A DNA stretch of 64,000 bases from Gaiellaceae bacterium (GTDB lineage: Bacteria; Actinomycetota; Thermoleophilia; Gaiellales; Gaiellaceae), in NCBI GenBank assembly GCA_036258155.1, contig DATAEF010000007.1:16250-80249 (forward strand), given 5' to 3'. A model generated the notes under the pieces. It was given only the letters and a program-made list of their open reading frames with translations. It was not told where the DNA came from and ran no database searches. Each line of letters starts with the position of its first letter. Within the stretch, counting starts at the first letter, position 1. A program made the translations under genes and the position numbers. Below, in pieces: positions 1 to 10,600 of this stretch.

Positions 1-960
1 GTCGAAGGCTCCTGTTTCCGGATCCAGCACACCGAACGTCGTGAAGCCGTCGGAGTCGTATACGCACGCGATGCGCCCATCGGCGAGGAACGCGAACGAG
101 CACGCTCCGAACACCCAGCCCGGGTAGCCGAACTCCGCTTGCGCCGCGTAGAGCACAGAGCGCTCATCGCCACGGATCCGTTCGAGGTTCCACCAGCCGC
201 TGCGATCGCTTGCGAAGACGAGCTCGCCGGTCGGACTCCACTCAGGTTGCCAGATCGACTCTTCGCCGTCGGCGCCGGCAACATGCGTGACGTTCGTGAG
301 CTCTCCTCCGGTACCGAGATCCGCGACGAAGAGCTCACGGCCGTCCCAGGGCATCCACGGCAGGTTCCAGGCGAGGAAGCAGAGCCTCGAGCCGTCGGGC
401 GAGATCCGGAGATTGGAGTAGAAGTCACGGCCGCCTGCGATGACGCGCGGCTCGGACGAGCCGTCCGTCGGCACTGTTACGAGCTCGTTGAGGACGTCCC
501 TCACCCGGCCGCTCGTCGGATGCCGCTCGCGGACACCGATCCAGAGGCTGCCGTCCGGCGTAATTCGCCCGTCCGCGTACCGATGTCGCCTGTGGCCCAC
601 CTCGGGCGTGATCGCCGCCGGCGCCCGGCCGGGATCGACACGATAGAGCCGCTGGTCGTCGAGGTTGGAGACGTACGCGGTTCCATCGTGGATGCAGTAG
701 GCGCCTCCGCCGTACTCGTGGACGCTCGTCCGCACGTTGAAGCCCGCAGGCACGACGTCCGACCGCTCGCCGTCCCGCTCTGCCTTCACGAGTACGACCC
801 GGCCGTCCTCGTCGGGGCGTCGTTCGAGCCACCACACGGCTCCGCCTTCGAGCCAGGGCATCGTGAGGAGCGTGCCGGCCCGCGCGACCAGCTCCGCCGT
901 GATCGGGGACGCCCACGTTCCGTACGGGGCGACCGTTCGCTGTGTGACCTCGAGATCCAA
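1..960 (-). CDS. S9-family serine peptidase (acylaminoacyl-/dipeptidyl-peptidase-like), N-terminal beta-propeller region; the C-terminus lies beyond the left edge
   Basis: Hand translation of the minus strand (codon tops at multiples of 3) at the segments checked (781-960 and 1-120) shows no stop. It reads LDLEVTQRTVAPYGTWASPITAELVARAGTLLTMPWLEGGAVWWLERRPDEDGRVVLVKA ... GWVFGACSFAFLADGRIACVYDSDGFTTFGVLDPETGAFD. It is absent from the ORF track because no stop lies in the window. The start (TTG 960) is uncertain. Confidence 0.6.
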   Translation of the reverse strand, partial: MDLEVTQRTVAPYGTWASPITAELVARAGTLLTMPWLEGGAVWWLERRPDEDGRVVLVKAERDGERSDVVPAGFNVRTSVHEYGGGAYCIHDGTAYVSNLDDQRLYRVDPGRAPAAITPEVGHRRHRYADGRITPDGSLWIGVRERHPTSGRVRDVLNELVTVPTDGSSEPRVIAGGRDFYSNLRISPDGSRLCFLAWNLPWMPWDGRELFVADLGTGGELTNVTHVAGADGEESIWQPEWSPTGELVFASDRSGWWNLERIRGDERSVLYAAQAEFGYPGWVFGACSFAFLADGRIACVYDSDGFTTFGVLDPETGAFD

Positions 961-982
961 CGGCGGGCTATCGTACTCCGCC

Positions 983-1546
983 GTGCGGCCGACCCGTGAC
1001 CAGGCCTGGGAAACGCTCAACCGGTACACGAAGAGCGAATCGCTCCTCAGGCACGCGCTCGCCGTCGAGGCGTCGGTCGGCTTCTACGCAAGGCTCTACG
1101 GCGAGGACGAGGAGCTCTGGCGCTCGGTGGCCCTCCTTCACGACTTCGACTACGAGATCCACCCCACGCTCGACAAGCATCCGCAGGACGGCGCGCCGAT
1201 CCTCCGTGAGGAGGGCTATCCGGAGGAGCTCGTCGAGGCCGTCCTCTCGCACGCCGAGCATCTCGCGATGCCTCGCGACACCGCCTTGAAGCGGACGCTG
1301 TTCGCGTGCGACGAACTGTCGGGGTTCGTGCACGCGTGCGGGCTCGTTCGGCCGACCGGGATCGACGGTCTCGAGCCGAAGTCGGTGCGCAAGAAGCTCA
1401 AGCAGCCGTCGTTCGCCGCGGGCGTGCATCGAGACGAGGTCTACGCGGGCGCCGAGCTCCTCGGACTGGAACTCGACGAGCACATCTCGAACGTCATCGC
1501 GGCGATGCAGCCGATCGCGAGCGAGCTGGGTCTCAGGACGGCCTAG
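983..1546 (+). CDS. HD-domain (HDIG-type) metal-dependent phosphohydrolase
   Basis: This is the C-terminal 187 aa of track ORF 737..1546: TKSESLLRHALAVEASVGFYARLYGEDEELWRSVALLHDFDYE (HD motif). The upstream part of the ORF is Ser/Arg-rich and antisense to the peptidase gene, so the in-frame GTG at 983 was chosen as start. Confidence 0.7.
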   Translation: MRPTRDQAWETLNRYTKSESLLRHALAVEASVGFYARLYGEDEELWRSVALLHDFDYEIHPTLDKHPQDGAPILREEGYPEELVEAVLSHAEHLAMPRDTALKRTLFACDELSGFVHACGLVRPTGIDGLEPKSVRKKLKQPSFAAGVHRDEVYAGAELLGLELDEHISNVIAAMQPIASELGLRTA

Positions 1547-2035
1547 ATGCGAGCGCTTCCCCTTTTGGCCCTCGCCCTGTTCTCGGCTCTCGCGGCCGCT
1601 GGTTGTGGCGAAGACTCGGCGACGGTCGTGGACGGCAGACATTTCGGTTACCTGCGGTCTGTCGACGCCTCGGTGAAACCGGCGACGATTCAGGTCGACC
1701 TGGCCGAGTTCCTGAGCGGTGAAGCGGCCAATGCAGCTGCCGTCGAGGACGGCGCGATCGCGGAGGGCGAGAGCGTCGAGAACGACTACTACATCCGCAA
1801 CCCGGCGGAGGACGTCCTCACCCTCGATGCCGCAGAAGGAGTTCGCGTCACGCATGTCCAGTGTCCCACGAGCTGTTCCGAAGGAATTCCGGGGCAATTC
1901 GACGCGTTCGCTGCGTCGTTCGACGACACGGGCGAGAGAACGCTTGAGGACGAGTATCGCGGGTCGCAATCCCAATACTGGATCACCGTGCGTGACGGCG
2001 AAGTCGTCGCGATCGACGAGCTGTACCTGCCGTAG
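1547..2035 (+). CDS. putative lipoprotein, function unknown
   Basis: MRALPLLALALFSALAAAGC gives a signal peptide with a lipobox-like LAAAGC. The ATG directly follows the HD gene stop. Confidence 0.6.
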   Translation: MRALPLLALALFSALAAAGCGEDSATVVDGRHFGYLRSVDASVKPATIQVDLAEFLSGEAANAAAVEDGAIAEGESVENDYYIRNPAEDVLTLDAAEGVRVTHVQCPTSCSEGIPGQFDAFAASFDDTGERTLEDEYRGSQSQYWITVRDGEVVAIDELYLP

Positions 2036-2053
2036 CTCTTGGGGCGGACGACG

Positions 2054-3115
2054 TCAGAGAGCCGCCACGAGCCGCTCGATGTCATCGTCGTCGGTCCACC
2101 ATCCCACGGAAGCGCGCACGAGGCCGCGTCCCGGGAGGTCGCGCACGATGACGTCCGCCTCGACAATGCGTGAGACGACCGCCGCGGACGCCTCCACCGG
2201 CACGCGCCAGGAGACGAGAGTTGCTCGCTCCTCCGGCACGACGACGTCCACTCCTGCTTCGGCGAGCGCACCACGGCAGCGCTCGGCCATCTCGAGCGCC
2301 CGCTCGAACCGCCAGTCGGGTAGAGCAGCGAGCGCTGCCCGAAACCCGGCCGCAAGCGCATTTGGCGTGACGTTCGGGTCGAAGCGCCGCGCGCCCGCGC
2401 GAGGCTCGAAGCGCCCATCGGGCGCGTAGCTCTCCTGCGATAGATAGCTCGGCCGCGCAACGCGGAGTGTGTCAGGGTCCGAGACCACCAGTGCCCCCGT
2501 CCCTTCGGGCCCACAGAGCCACTTCTGGCCGGAGATCGTGTAGTAGTCGAGTCCATCGAGATCGACCGGGATGCTGCCGACCGACTGCGCGCCGTCGACG
2601 AGGATCGGAAGTCCAGACTCGGCCCTAAGTTCCTGCACTGGAAGCACCTGGCCGGTCGTCCACAGGACGTGCGAGAGCGCCAGCAGGCGCGTCCTCGGGG
2701 TGACCGCTTCGAGGATTCGCCCGGGCTCGGGCGGCACGACGACGACCCGCGCGTTCACAGCATGGAGCGGTCCGAGGAGACCGAAGTGCTCGTCCGTCGT
2801 CGTCACGACCTCGTCGTCCGGTCCAAGGCCGAGTCCCGCGAGCACGATGTTGCAGCCGTCGGTCGTCGACGCCGTCAGCGAGACGGTCTCGACGTCGACT
2901 CCGACGAGAGCCGCGACGTCGGCGCGAAGCTCCTCTCGTAGCGCCAGGAGGCGCTCGAATTGGACGGCACTCCCCCGCCCGTGACGAAGCCCGAGCTCCT
3001 CGGATTCACGCATCGCCTCGATCGTGCTCCGGCGCAGAGGCCCGACGCTTCCGGCCTGCAGGTATGCGAACTGCTCGAGCACCGGAAACTGGGCGCGCGC
3101 CTCCTCGTAGGTCAT
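2054..3115 (-). CDS. class V aminotransferase-fold PLP enzyme (cysteine desulfurase/NifS-like family)
   Basis: MTYEEARAQFPVLEQFAYLQAGSVGPL ... YYTISGQKWLCGPEGTGALVV (PLP-lysine region typical of class V enzymes). The start was moved to the internal ATG (MTYEE) of track ORF 2054..3157. Confidence 0.75.
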   Translation of the reverse strand: MTYEEARAQFPVLEQFAYLQAGSVGPLRRSTIEAMRESEELGLRHGRGSAVQFERLLALREELRADVAALVGVDVETVSLTASTTDGCNIVLAGLGLGPDDEVVTTTDEHFGLLGPLHAVNARVVVVPPEPGRILEAVTPRTRLLALSHVLWTTGQVLPVQELRAESGLPILVDGAQSVGSIPVDLDGLDYYTISGQKWLCGPEGTGALVVSDPDTLRVARPSYLSQESYAPDGRFEPRAGARRFDPNVTPNALAAGFRAALAALPDWRFERALEMAERCRGALAEAGVDVVVPEERATLVSWRVPVEASAAVVSRIVEADVIVRDLPGRGLVRASVGWWTDDDDIERLVAAL

Positions 3116-3155
3116 CGGCCGATTGTGACGACAGCCGGATCTAAGGTTCGGCCGC

Positions 3156-4208
3156 ATGCGCGTCGTCCTCGCCGATCCGCCGGCCTACACGCCGCCGTAC
3201 GACCGGTCACTCGCGGCGGCACTCGTCCGCGCCGGGGTCGAGGTCGAGCTCGTCACATCACGGTTCCGGTTCGGCTCGGTGGTGGCGCCGGAGGGCTACG
3301 CGGCGCGTGAATGGTTCTACCCTCTTTCGTCACGAATGGGATCCTCTCGCGCGCGACTCGTGGTGAAGGCGATCGAGCATCCGTTCGGAATGGCTCGGCT
3401 CGCGACGTCGAAGCCGGACCTCATGCACCTTCAATGGCTCGGCGCCGCGGAGGCCGACCGCTGGCTCTTCCGGCCGCGCTGTCCTGCGGTCTTCACTGCG
3501 CACGACATCATTCCGCGCCGAACGGCGTCGAAGACACGTCTCTGGCGAGCGCTCTTCGATCGGTTCGATCGCGTTGTCGCGCACTCCGAGCGCGGCCGCG
3601 ACCAGCTCGCGACTTTCGGCGTCCCGGAAGATCGACTTCGCGTGATTCCGCACCCGGTCTTTCGCTCGGAGATCGACCGTCGCGACGACGGGCACACGGC
3701 TCTCTGCCTCGGGCTCATTCGACCCTACAAGGGGACCGAGGACGCCGTCGAGGCCGTTCTTCGCGTCGACGGTGCGCGTCTGCTCGTCGTCGGTGACCCG
3801 CGCGTGCCACTCGAGGGTCTGCAGCGGACGGCGGGGCCTCGCGCAGAATGGCGCCTCGGTTACCTCCCCGACACGGAGCTGCGGCGCGCGCTGTCCGAGG
3901 CGACGATCGCGTTGTTTCCGTATCGAGCCGAGATCGACGTGTCGGGAGCGCTGCTGCAGGTGCTCGGAGCGGGAGTGCCCGCGATCGTCTACGACGTCGG
4001 AGGGCTCGGCGAGGTCGTGGGGCGCTTCGGGGCCGGCGCCGTCGTGCCCGCCGGAGATGTCGAGGCGATGGCGCGTGCGCTGGATCGACTCGTCGCGCGC
4101 CCGGAGGCCTTGGCCACCGCTCGGCGTGGCGCGGAGAGGGCCCGAGACGAGCTCACGTGGGACGCATCTGCTGCCGCGCACCTCGAGCTGTATCGCGAGC
4201 TCGTCTGA
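3156..4208 (+). CDS. glycosyltransferase, GT4/GT-B fold
   Basis: 350-aa ORF. The C-terminal region LVVGDPRVP...ATIALFPYRAEIDVSGALLQVLGAGVPAIVYDVGGLGEVV resembles the retaining GT-B nucleotide-sugar binding domain. Confidence 0.7.
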   Translation: MRVVLADPPAYTPPYDRSLAAALVRAGVEVELVTSRFRFGSVVAPEGYAAREWFYPLSSRMGSSRARLVVKAIEHPFGMARLATSKPDLMHLQWLGAAEADRWLFRPRCPAVFTAHDIIPRRTASKTRLWRALFDRFDRVVAHSERGRDQLATFGVPEDRLRVIPHPVFRSEIDRRDDGHTALCLGLIRPYKGTEDAVEAVLRVDGARLLVVGDPRVPLEGLQRTAGPRAEWRLGYLPDTELRRALSEATIALFPYRAEIDVSGALLQVLGAGVPAIVYDVGGLGEVVGRFGAGAVVPAGDVEAMARALDRLVARPEALATARRGAERARDELTWDASAAAHLELYRELV

Positions 4209-4522
4209 TGTTCCGACGCGGTCGGTTCCACGATCTCGTGGAGCGGCAGCTCGACCTCTTCGAAGCCGACGAGGCGCCCTTGCTCGAGGAGGCGCGCGAG
4301 GCCGACGCCGCGTGGACGGGCGCGGGCGCGGACGAGAGCGAGGAGCTCTACGGCGACTACCAGCTGGTCGTCGATGCCATCGGCGAGCAGCTCTACGACC
4401 TCCGCGAGGCGTTCGCGTCCTCGCTCGACGAACCGACGGCCGAGGACTACCGTGCGGCCTTCAACCGTGCCGCGACGAAGCGCCTCCGCCGGTTCGCGGC
4501 ATTGCTCGACGAGGAGACGTAA
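4208..4522 (+). CDS. small acidic hypothetical protein
   Basis: MFRRGRFHDLVERQLDLFEADEAPLLEEAREADAAW... (104 aa). ATGA overlap with the GT gene stop and TAATG overlap with the GH15 start suggest translational coupling. No family recognised. Confidence 0.5.
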   Translation: MFRRGRFHDLVERQLDLFEADEAPLLEEAREADAAWTGAGADESEELYGDYQLVVDAIGEQLYDLREAFASSLDEPTAEDYRAAFNRAATKRLRRFAALLDEET

Positions 4523-6303
4523 TGGCGCTCATCGAGGACTACGGCCTGATCGGCGACCTCCAGACGGCTGCGCTAGTGAGCCGGCACGGCTCCATCGACT
4601 GGCTCTGTGTCCCACGCTTCGACTCCGGCGCGATCTTCGCGGCGCTGCTCGGCGAAGCGGAGAACGGACACTGGACGATCCAACCGCAGGGCGAGTTCCG
4701 CTCGCCGGGACGGTGCTACCGCGAAAACACGCTCGTGCTCGAGACTGAGCTCGAGACGTCGTCCGGCGCCGTTCGACTCATCGACTTCATGCCGCTTCGT
4801 GAGACGGCCCCGGCTGTCGTGCGGATCGTCGAAGGCATTCGGGGCAACATCGACATGCGTATGGAGCTCGCTCTTCGGTTCGACTACGGGTCCCTGGTCC
4901 CCTGGGTGAAGAACCTCGAGGGAACGCTCGTCGGCATGGCCGGCCCCGACGGCGTAGCGCTCCGCACTCCGGTCGAGCTCGAGGGTCGCGATCTCCGGAC
5001 GTTCGCCGAGTTCACCGTCGAGAAGGGCGATCGCGTTCCCTTCGTGCTCACATGGTTCCCTTCGAACGAGCCCGTGCCGGAACCCGTCGAGGCCGAAACG
5101 GCACTCGGCGACGCCGAGTCCTATTGGGAGGAGTGGGCGCAGACCTGCGCGATGCAAGGAAGGTTTCGTAACGACGTCGTCCGCTCGCTGCTCACGTTGA
5201 AGGCCCTCACGTTCGCGCCGACGGGAGGCATCGTGGCCGCACCGACGACTTCGCTTCCCGAGGCCCTCGGTGGGGTCCGGAACTGGGACTATCGCTACTG
5301 CTGGCTCCGGGACGCCACGTTGACCTTGCTCGCACTCATCCGGGCCGGCTACGTCGACGAGGCTCGGGCGTGGCGCGATTGGCTTCTCCGGGCGATTGCC
5401 GGCTCGCCGGAGGCGGTCCAGATCATGTACGGCGTCGCCGGCGAAAGGCGTCTGGTCGAGATCGAGCTTCCGTGGCTTGCAGGGTACGAGGGCTCACAGC
5501 CTGTCCGCATCGGGAACGGAGCTTCCGACCAGCGGCAACTCGATGTCTACGGCGAGGTCGCGGACGCCCTGTACCAGGCGCGCAAGCAGGGTCTCGAGGG
5601 TTCCGACGACGCGTGGTCGCTCCTCCGAAAGCTGCTCGAGTGGCTGGAGTCGGGCTGGCGTGAGCCCGACCAGGGGATCTGGGAGGTGCGGGGCCCGCGT
5701 CGCCACTTCACGCACTCGAAGGTGATGGCGTGGGTCGCCTTCGATCGAGGGGTGAAGCTCATGGAGCGGTTCGGGCGCACGGGCCCGCTGGACAAGTGGA
5801 AGTCGATCCGGAAGACGATCCGCGAGGAGGTGCTCCGAGAGGGCTACAACGCCGAGCGGGGCAGCTTCGTCCAGTACTACGGCGCGGACCGGCTCGACGC
5901 CAGCCTGTTGCTCATCCCGCTCATCGGCTTTCTCCCTGCAGGCGACCCGCGTGTCGTGGGCACAGTGCGGGCAATTCAAGGCGAGCTCATGCGCGACGGC
6001 TTCGTCGAGCGCTATCGCGCGGACATCGAGAACGTCAGCGTGGACGGGCTGCCCCCGGGCGAAGGCGTCTTCCTGCCCTGCTCGTTCTGGCTCGTCGCGG
6101 TTCTCGCGCAGCAGGGGCGTCGCGACGAGGCGGTCGCGCTATTCGAGCGGCTGCTGGCGCTTCGGAACGACCTGGGCTTGATCTCCGAGGAGTACGACCC
6201 CGAGGGCGGGAGGCTCGTCGGCAACTTCCCGCAGGCCTTCACGCACCTTGCGCTCGTCGAGACGGCGTTCACGCTCTCCAGAAAGTCCACGCTGGATCGC
6301 TAG
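4522..6303 (+). CDS. glycoside hydrolase family 15 (glucoamylase/trehalase-like)
   Basis: MALIEDYGLIGDLQTAALVSRHGSIDWLCVPRFDSGAIFAALLG ... APTTSLPEALGGVRNWDYRYCWLRDAT ... EEYDPEGGRLVGNFPQAFTHLALV are characteristic GH15 motifs. The Arg-rich 5' extension of track ORF 3772..6303 was discarded. Confidence 0.85.
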   Translation: MALIEDYGLIGDLQTAALVSRHGSIDWLCVPRFDSGAIFAALLGEAENGHWTIQPQGEFRSPGRCYRENTLVLETELETSSGAVRLIDFMPLRETAPAVVRIVEGIRGNIDMRMELALRFDYGSLVPWVKNLEGTLVGMAGPDGVALRTPVELEGRDLRTFAEFTVEKGDRVPFVLTWFPSNEPVPEPVEAETALGDAESYWEEWAQTCAMQGRFRNDVVRSLLTLKALTFAPTGGIVAAPTTSLPEALGGVRNWDYRYCWLRDATLTLLALIRAGYVDEARAWRDWLLRAIAGSPEAVQIMYGVAGERRLVEIELPWLAGYEGSQPVRIGNGASDQRQLDVYGEVADALYQARKQGLEGSDDAWSLLRKLLEWLESGWREPDQGIWEVRGPRRHFTHSKVMAWVAFDRGVKLMERFGRTGPLDKWKSIRKTIREEVLREGYNAERGSFVQYYGADRLDASLLLIPLIGFLPAGDPRVVGTVRAIQGELMRDGFVERYRADIENVSVDGLPPGEGVFLPCSFWLVAVLAQQGRRDEAVALFERLLALRNDLGLISEEYDPEGGRLVGNFPQAFTHLALVETAFTLSRKSTLDR

Positions 6304-7622
6304 GAAACGACGGCGAAGAGACGCCACTCGCCCGGGACACCCTTGAGCGCTGCGGTCCCGCGATCGTCGAACTCGAGGCCGGAGCCGGCGACGAGATCTC
6401 TGACCGTGCCCGAGACGAGGACCTCGCCGGCGTTTGCCCGACTTGCGACCCTTGCTCCTATGCTGACCGCGATCCCGGCCACTTTGCCATCGGCGAGCTC
6501 GACCTCCCCGGTGTGAAGCCCCGCACGGACGTCGAGGCTCAGCGGGCGAGCGGCCTCGATGATGGCGCGTGCACAGCGAATCGCCCGGGCTGGGCCGTTG
6601 AAAGTCGCGAAGAAGCCGTCACCCGCCGTGTCCACCTCCTGACCGTCGAAGCGGGCAAGCTCGCGGCGAGCGGCTGCATGATGCTGCTCGAGCAGCTCGC
6701 TCCAGCGCCGGTCACCGACCTCAGCCGCACGGCTTGTCGAGCCGACGAGGTCGGTGAAGAGCACAGTCGTGAGAAAGCGGACCTGCGTCGTGGCCTCGCG
6801 ACGGCCCGTGAGAAACTCGCGAATCTCGGCGACCGCTGCGTCAGGGTCGAACCAGGGGACGTGCTCGCTGCCAGGGAGCTCGACGTACTGTGCTCCCGGG
6901 ATCGTCCGCGCTAGGAAACGTGCGTGCTCGACGTGGCAGACCCGATCCTCGGCCGTGTGGATGATCAGCGTCGGAACGTTGATTGCAGGTGCGACGTCAC
7001 GCACGTCGATGCCGAAGGCCATGCGCATGAACGCCGCTGCCGAGCCGGGCGTTGCGGAGTTGATCTCCACGCGACTGAACCACTCGCGTGCCCACTCCTG
7101 ACCCATGAGGCTGGGAGCGACCGCGTAGATGTACGTACCGCTGCCCCAGTTCTCGGTCACCGAGGACATCGATGCCTCGAAACCCTCCCTCGTGTCCTCG
7201 CCCCACGGCCACTCGTCGTCCACCAACTCTCGAACCTCTGCCCCTTGAAGGATCAGCGCGACGGTCCTATTGGGATGCGCGGCCGCGAACAGCATCGAGA
7301 GAGGGCCGCCCTCGGACTCTCCCATAAGGGCGGCACGCTCGCTCCCGACAGCGTCCATGACGGCGCGGACGTCGTCCATCCGCTCTTCGAGCGGGACAGC
7401 GCCCGGCACACGATCCGACATACCCATGCCGCGCTTGTCGAACAGGATGAGGCGAGTGAACTCTCCGAGCCGCTCGCAGTATCTGCGGAAGGCTGGGAGA
7501 TCCCAGTACACGTCGAGGTGGGTGACCCATCCCTGCACATAGACGAGATCGATTGCACCTTCGCCCACCACGCGATAGGCGATGTCGGCGTCGCGGCTAC
7601 GCGCAAAGCGCACTTCTGTCAC
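6300..7622 (-). CDS. alpha/beta-hydrolase domain fused to a class III adenylate/guanylate cyclase domain (LipJ-like architecture)
   Basis: N-terminal part: LILFDKRGMGMSDR...LMGESEGGP (hydrolase nucleophile elbow). C-terminal part: VLFTDLVGSTSRAAEVGDRRW...DTAGDGFFATFNGP...VRAGLHTGEVE (cyclase catalytic domain). The start was set to GTG 7622 to avoid overlap with dnaE2. Confidence 0.8.
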   Translation of the reverse strand: MTEVRFARSRDADIAYRVVGEGAIDLVYVQGWVTHLDVYWDLPAFRRYCERLGEFTRLILFDKRGMGMSDRVPGAVPLEERMDDVRAVMDAVGSERAALMGESEGGPLSMLFAAAHPNRTVALILQGAEVRELVDDEWPWGEDTREGFEASMSSVTENWGSGTYIYAVAPSLMGQEWAREWFSRVEINSATPGSAAAFMRMAFGIDVRDVAPAINVPTLIIHTAEDRVCHVEHARFLARTIPGAQYVELPGSEHVPWFDPDAAVAEIREFLTGRREATTQVRFLTTVLFTDLVGSTSRAAEVGDRRWSELLEQHHAAARRELARFDGQEVDTAGDGFFATFNGPARAIRCARAIIEAARPLSLDVRAGLHTGEVELADGKVAGIAVSIGARVASRANAGEVLVSGTVRDLVAGSGLEFDDRGTAALKGVPGEWRLFAVVS

Positions 7623-7653
7623 GGGACAAGGTTCGCCATGACCCGGGATATCG

Positions 7654-10600
7654 TCAACTACGACGGCCGAAGGAGTGGGGTCGCGGGAGCGACTCCCACA
7701 CGGTTTCGTTGTCAGCAACCTGGCGCGCGAGCGGGCCGAGCGACTCGAGCTCGGAGACGAGGACGTTGCGGTTCTCCCCGACCCGCTCGTAGCGCCCGCG
7801 CGCGAGGACGAGCGGCTCGGCTCGCACCGTCGCGCGATGCCGTTCGTAAACGTGCGGCTGCACGATCAGGTTCACCTGGCCGTGCTCGTCCTCGAGGAGC
7901 ATGAAGACGATCCCGTTCGCGGTCGACGGTCGCTGACGCGCGACCGTCATCCCCGCGACAGCCACGTGCCGACCGTGCCGCTGCTCGTGGAGTTCCGCGC
8001 TCGAGAGCGTCTTCGGGGGTAAGTGCGGGCGGAGGAGCGCAAGCGGGTGCGTCCCGACCGACATTCCCGTGTGCTTGTAGTCCGCCAGCATGCGCTCCCA
8101 GCGCGTCAGGTCGCGGAGCGAGGGTGTCTCGGCTGTCGGCTCGAGGGAGAGCGGGAGCTGCTTCGCTTCGCCTCCCGTCCCAGGCACCGACTGCTCCCGA
8201 AAGACGAGTCCGAGCTCCCAGAGGAGCTCTCGCCGCGGGAGGTTGAGGCCGTCACAGGCACCGCCTTTGACGAGCGCCTCGAGCTCGTCGCGAGACAACG
8301 GCGCCCGGCGGGCAAGGTCGGCTATGCCTCGGAACGACCCATGTGCCTTGCGCTCGGCAACGAGCGCCTCCGCCTCGTTCTCTCCCACCGAGGAGATGTA
8401 CGAGATGCCGATACGGACGCCGCTGTCCTCGATCACGCACCTGGCGGCACTCAGGTTGACGTCGGCAGGGCGCACGTCCACCCCATGCCGCTGCGCATCG
8501 CGAACGAGCGTCGCGGGCGGGTAGAAGCCCATCGGCTGCGCGTTCAGGAGCGCACAGAGGAACTCCGCCGGGTGGTAGTGCCTCAGCCACTGCGACTGGT
8601 AGGCGAGCAAACCGAACGCCGCGGCATGGGCTTTGGGAAAGCCGAAGCCGGAGAACCCGACGAGCTTGTCGAAGACCATGTCCGCCGTCTCCATGTCGAC
8701 TCCCTTCTCCCCCGCACCAACGACGAAGCGCCCGCGATACGCCTCGAGCGCGTCGTGACTTCGCTTGCGGCTCATCGCCCTCCGCAGCCCCTCCGCCTCC
8801 CCCACTGTGAATCCGGCGAGTGCGATCGCGACTTCCAGCACCTGGTCCTGGAAGACGACGACACCGAACGTCGAGCGCAGCGGTTCGCGCAGGAGCTCGT
8901 GGTCGACGGGCCAGACGTAGGACGGGTCCTCGCGCAGTCGCTGCCGCGCGTCGATGTACGGATGCACCGCCTTTCCCTGGATCGGTCCCGGCCGGACGAG
9001 CGCGACCTGCACCGTGAGGTCGTCGAGGTTCTCCGGCTTCGTCCGCAGGAGGCTCTGCATCTGCGCGCGGCTCTCGATCTGGAACGCGCCGACCGTGTCC
9101 GCCCGCTGGATCTCGTCGAAGACCGCGGCGTCGTCGAAAGGGATGCGCGACAGGTCGATCACCTCGTCGTGCGTCCGTGCGATCTGCTCGACGCAGTCCT
9201 CGACCGCGGAGAGCATTCCGAGGCCGAGCAGGTCGATCTTGAGGAACCCCGCATCGGCGCAGGAGTCCTTGTCCCACTGGCAGAGCTGGCGACCCGCCAT
9301 CGCCGCAGGCTGCACCGGTACGAGCTCGATGAGCGGCCGGGTGGAGACGATCATCCCGCCCGGGTGCTGCGAGACGTGGCGCGGCAGGCCCGCGATCTCT
9401 CCCGCGAGCCAGGCGAACGCGCGCCAGCGCCGCGACTCGAGCTTCCGCCCGCCGTCGGGAAGCCGCGCGACCTCCTCTCCCACCCGCCGTGCGTCCCAGC
9501 CGTCGGAAAGCCGAGCGAGCCGCTCGAGCTCGGCGAACGGGAGCCCGAGCGCCTTGCCGACGTCGCGGATCGCGCCGCGCGAACGGTAGGTCGCGAAACT
9601 CGCGACGAGCGCCGCATGCTCACGCCCGTAGCGCTCGGTGACCGCGACGATGAGCTTCTCCCGAATGTCGCGCGGGAAGTCGAGGTCGATGTCGGGTACG
9701 GAAGCGAGCTCGCGGTTGAGGAAGCGCCCGAGCGAGAGCTCGTTCGAGACCGGGTCGACGTGCGAGAGGCCGGTGAGGTAACAGACGATCGAGCCGACAG
9801 AGCTCCCCCGTCCGCGCCCAGGCGGGAGGAAGCTCCTCGGGGAATCGAGACCGCGCACCTCACGCGCCGCCTCGCGGGCGAGCTCGAGCACCTCGTGATG
9901 GAGGAGGAAGAATCCGGCGAGCCCGAGCTCGTCGATCAGCCGCAGCTCGTCCTCCAGGCGTGCGCGCGCCTTCCTTCTCAACAGTCTGTCGCAAGCCGGG
10001 TAGCGCTCGTCGATTGCGCGCCGGCAGATCGTCGCGAGCTGGCGGATCGCCGGCTCCTCGCCGTCGGAGAAGTCGGGGTAGTGGTAGCCGAGCTCCTCCG
10101 TCAGGTCGAACTCGAGCCGCTCGGCGAGGATCGCGCTTCGTTCCGCGGCGGCTCGGTCGAAGGAGAAGCGCTCGAGCGTCTCCGCGGGCGAGCGCAAGTA
10201 GCTCTCCCGGTTCCCGCGCCGCTCGGGCTCACAGCCCTCGAGTGACGTCCGGCAGCGAATCGCGACGAGGACGTCCTGCAGCAGCGTACGCCGCGGGTGG
10301 TGGGAATGGACGTCGCCGGTCGCGACCGTATCGACCCCGAGGTGCTCGGCGAGGTCGCGCAGGAGGGCTAGCCGCCGCGCGTCTCCCCGCTCGAAAGGCC
10401 GTTGCAGCTCGACGAGGAAGCGCTCGCGGCCGAACACCGCCGCAAGAACTGCAGCGGCATTCGGGTCCACGACCCCCAGTCCACGACGCGCGCAGCCGGA
10501 GAGGCAGACGAGGCCTTCGCTCAGCTCGCTCACGAGCTCGAGCGACACTGAAGGAGGGAGCGGCTCCCGGTCCTCCCGTCCTGCCCGGCGCGTTCCCGCA

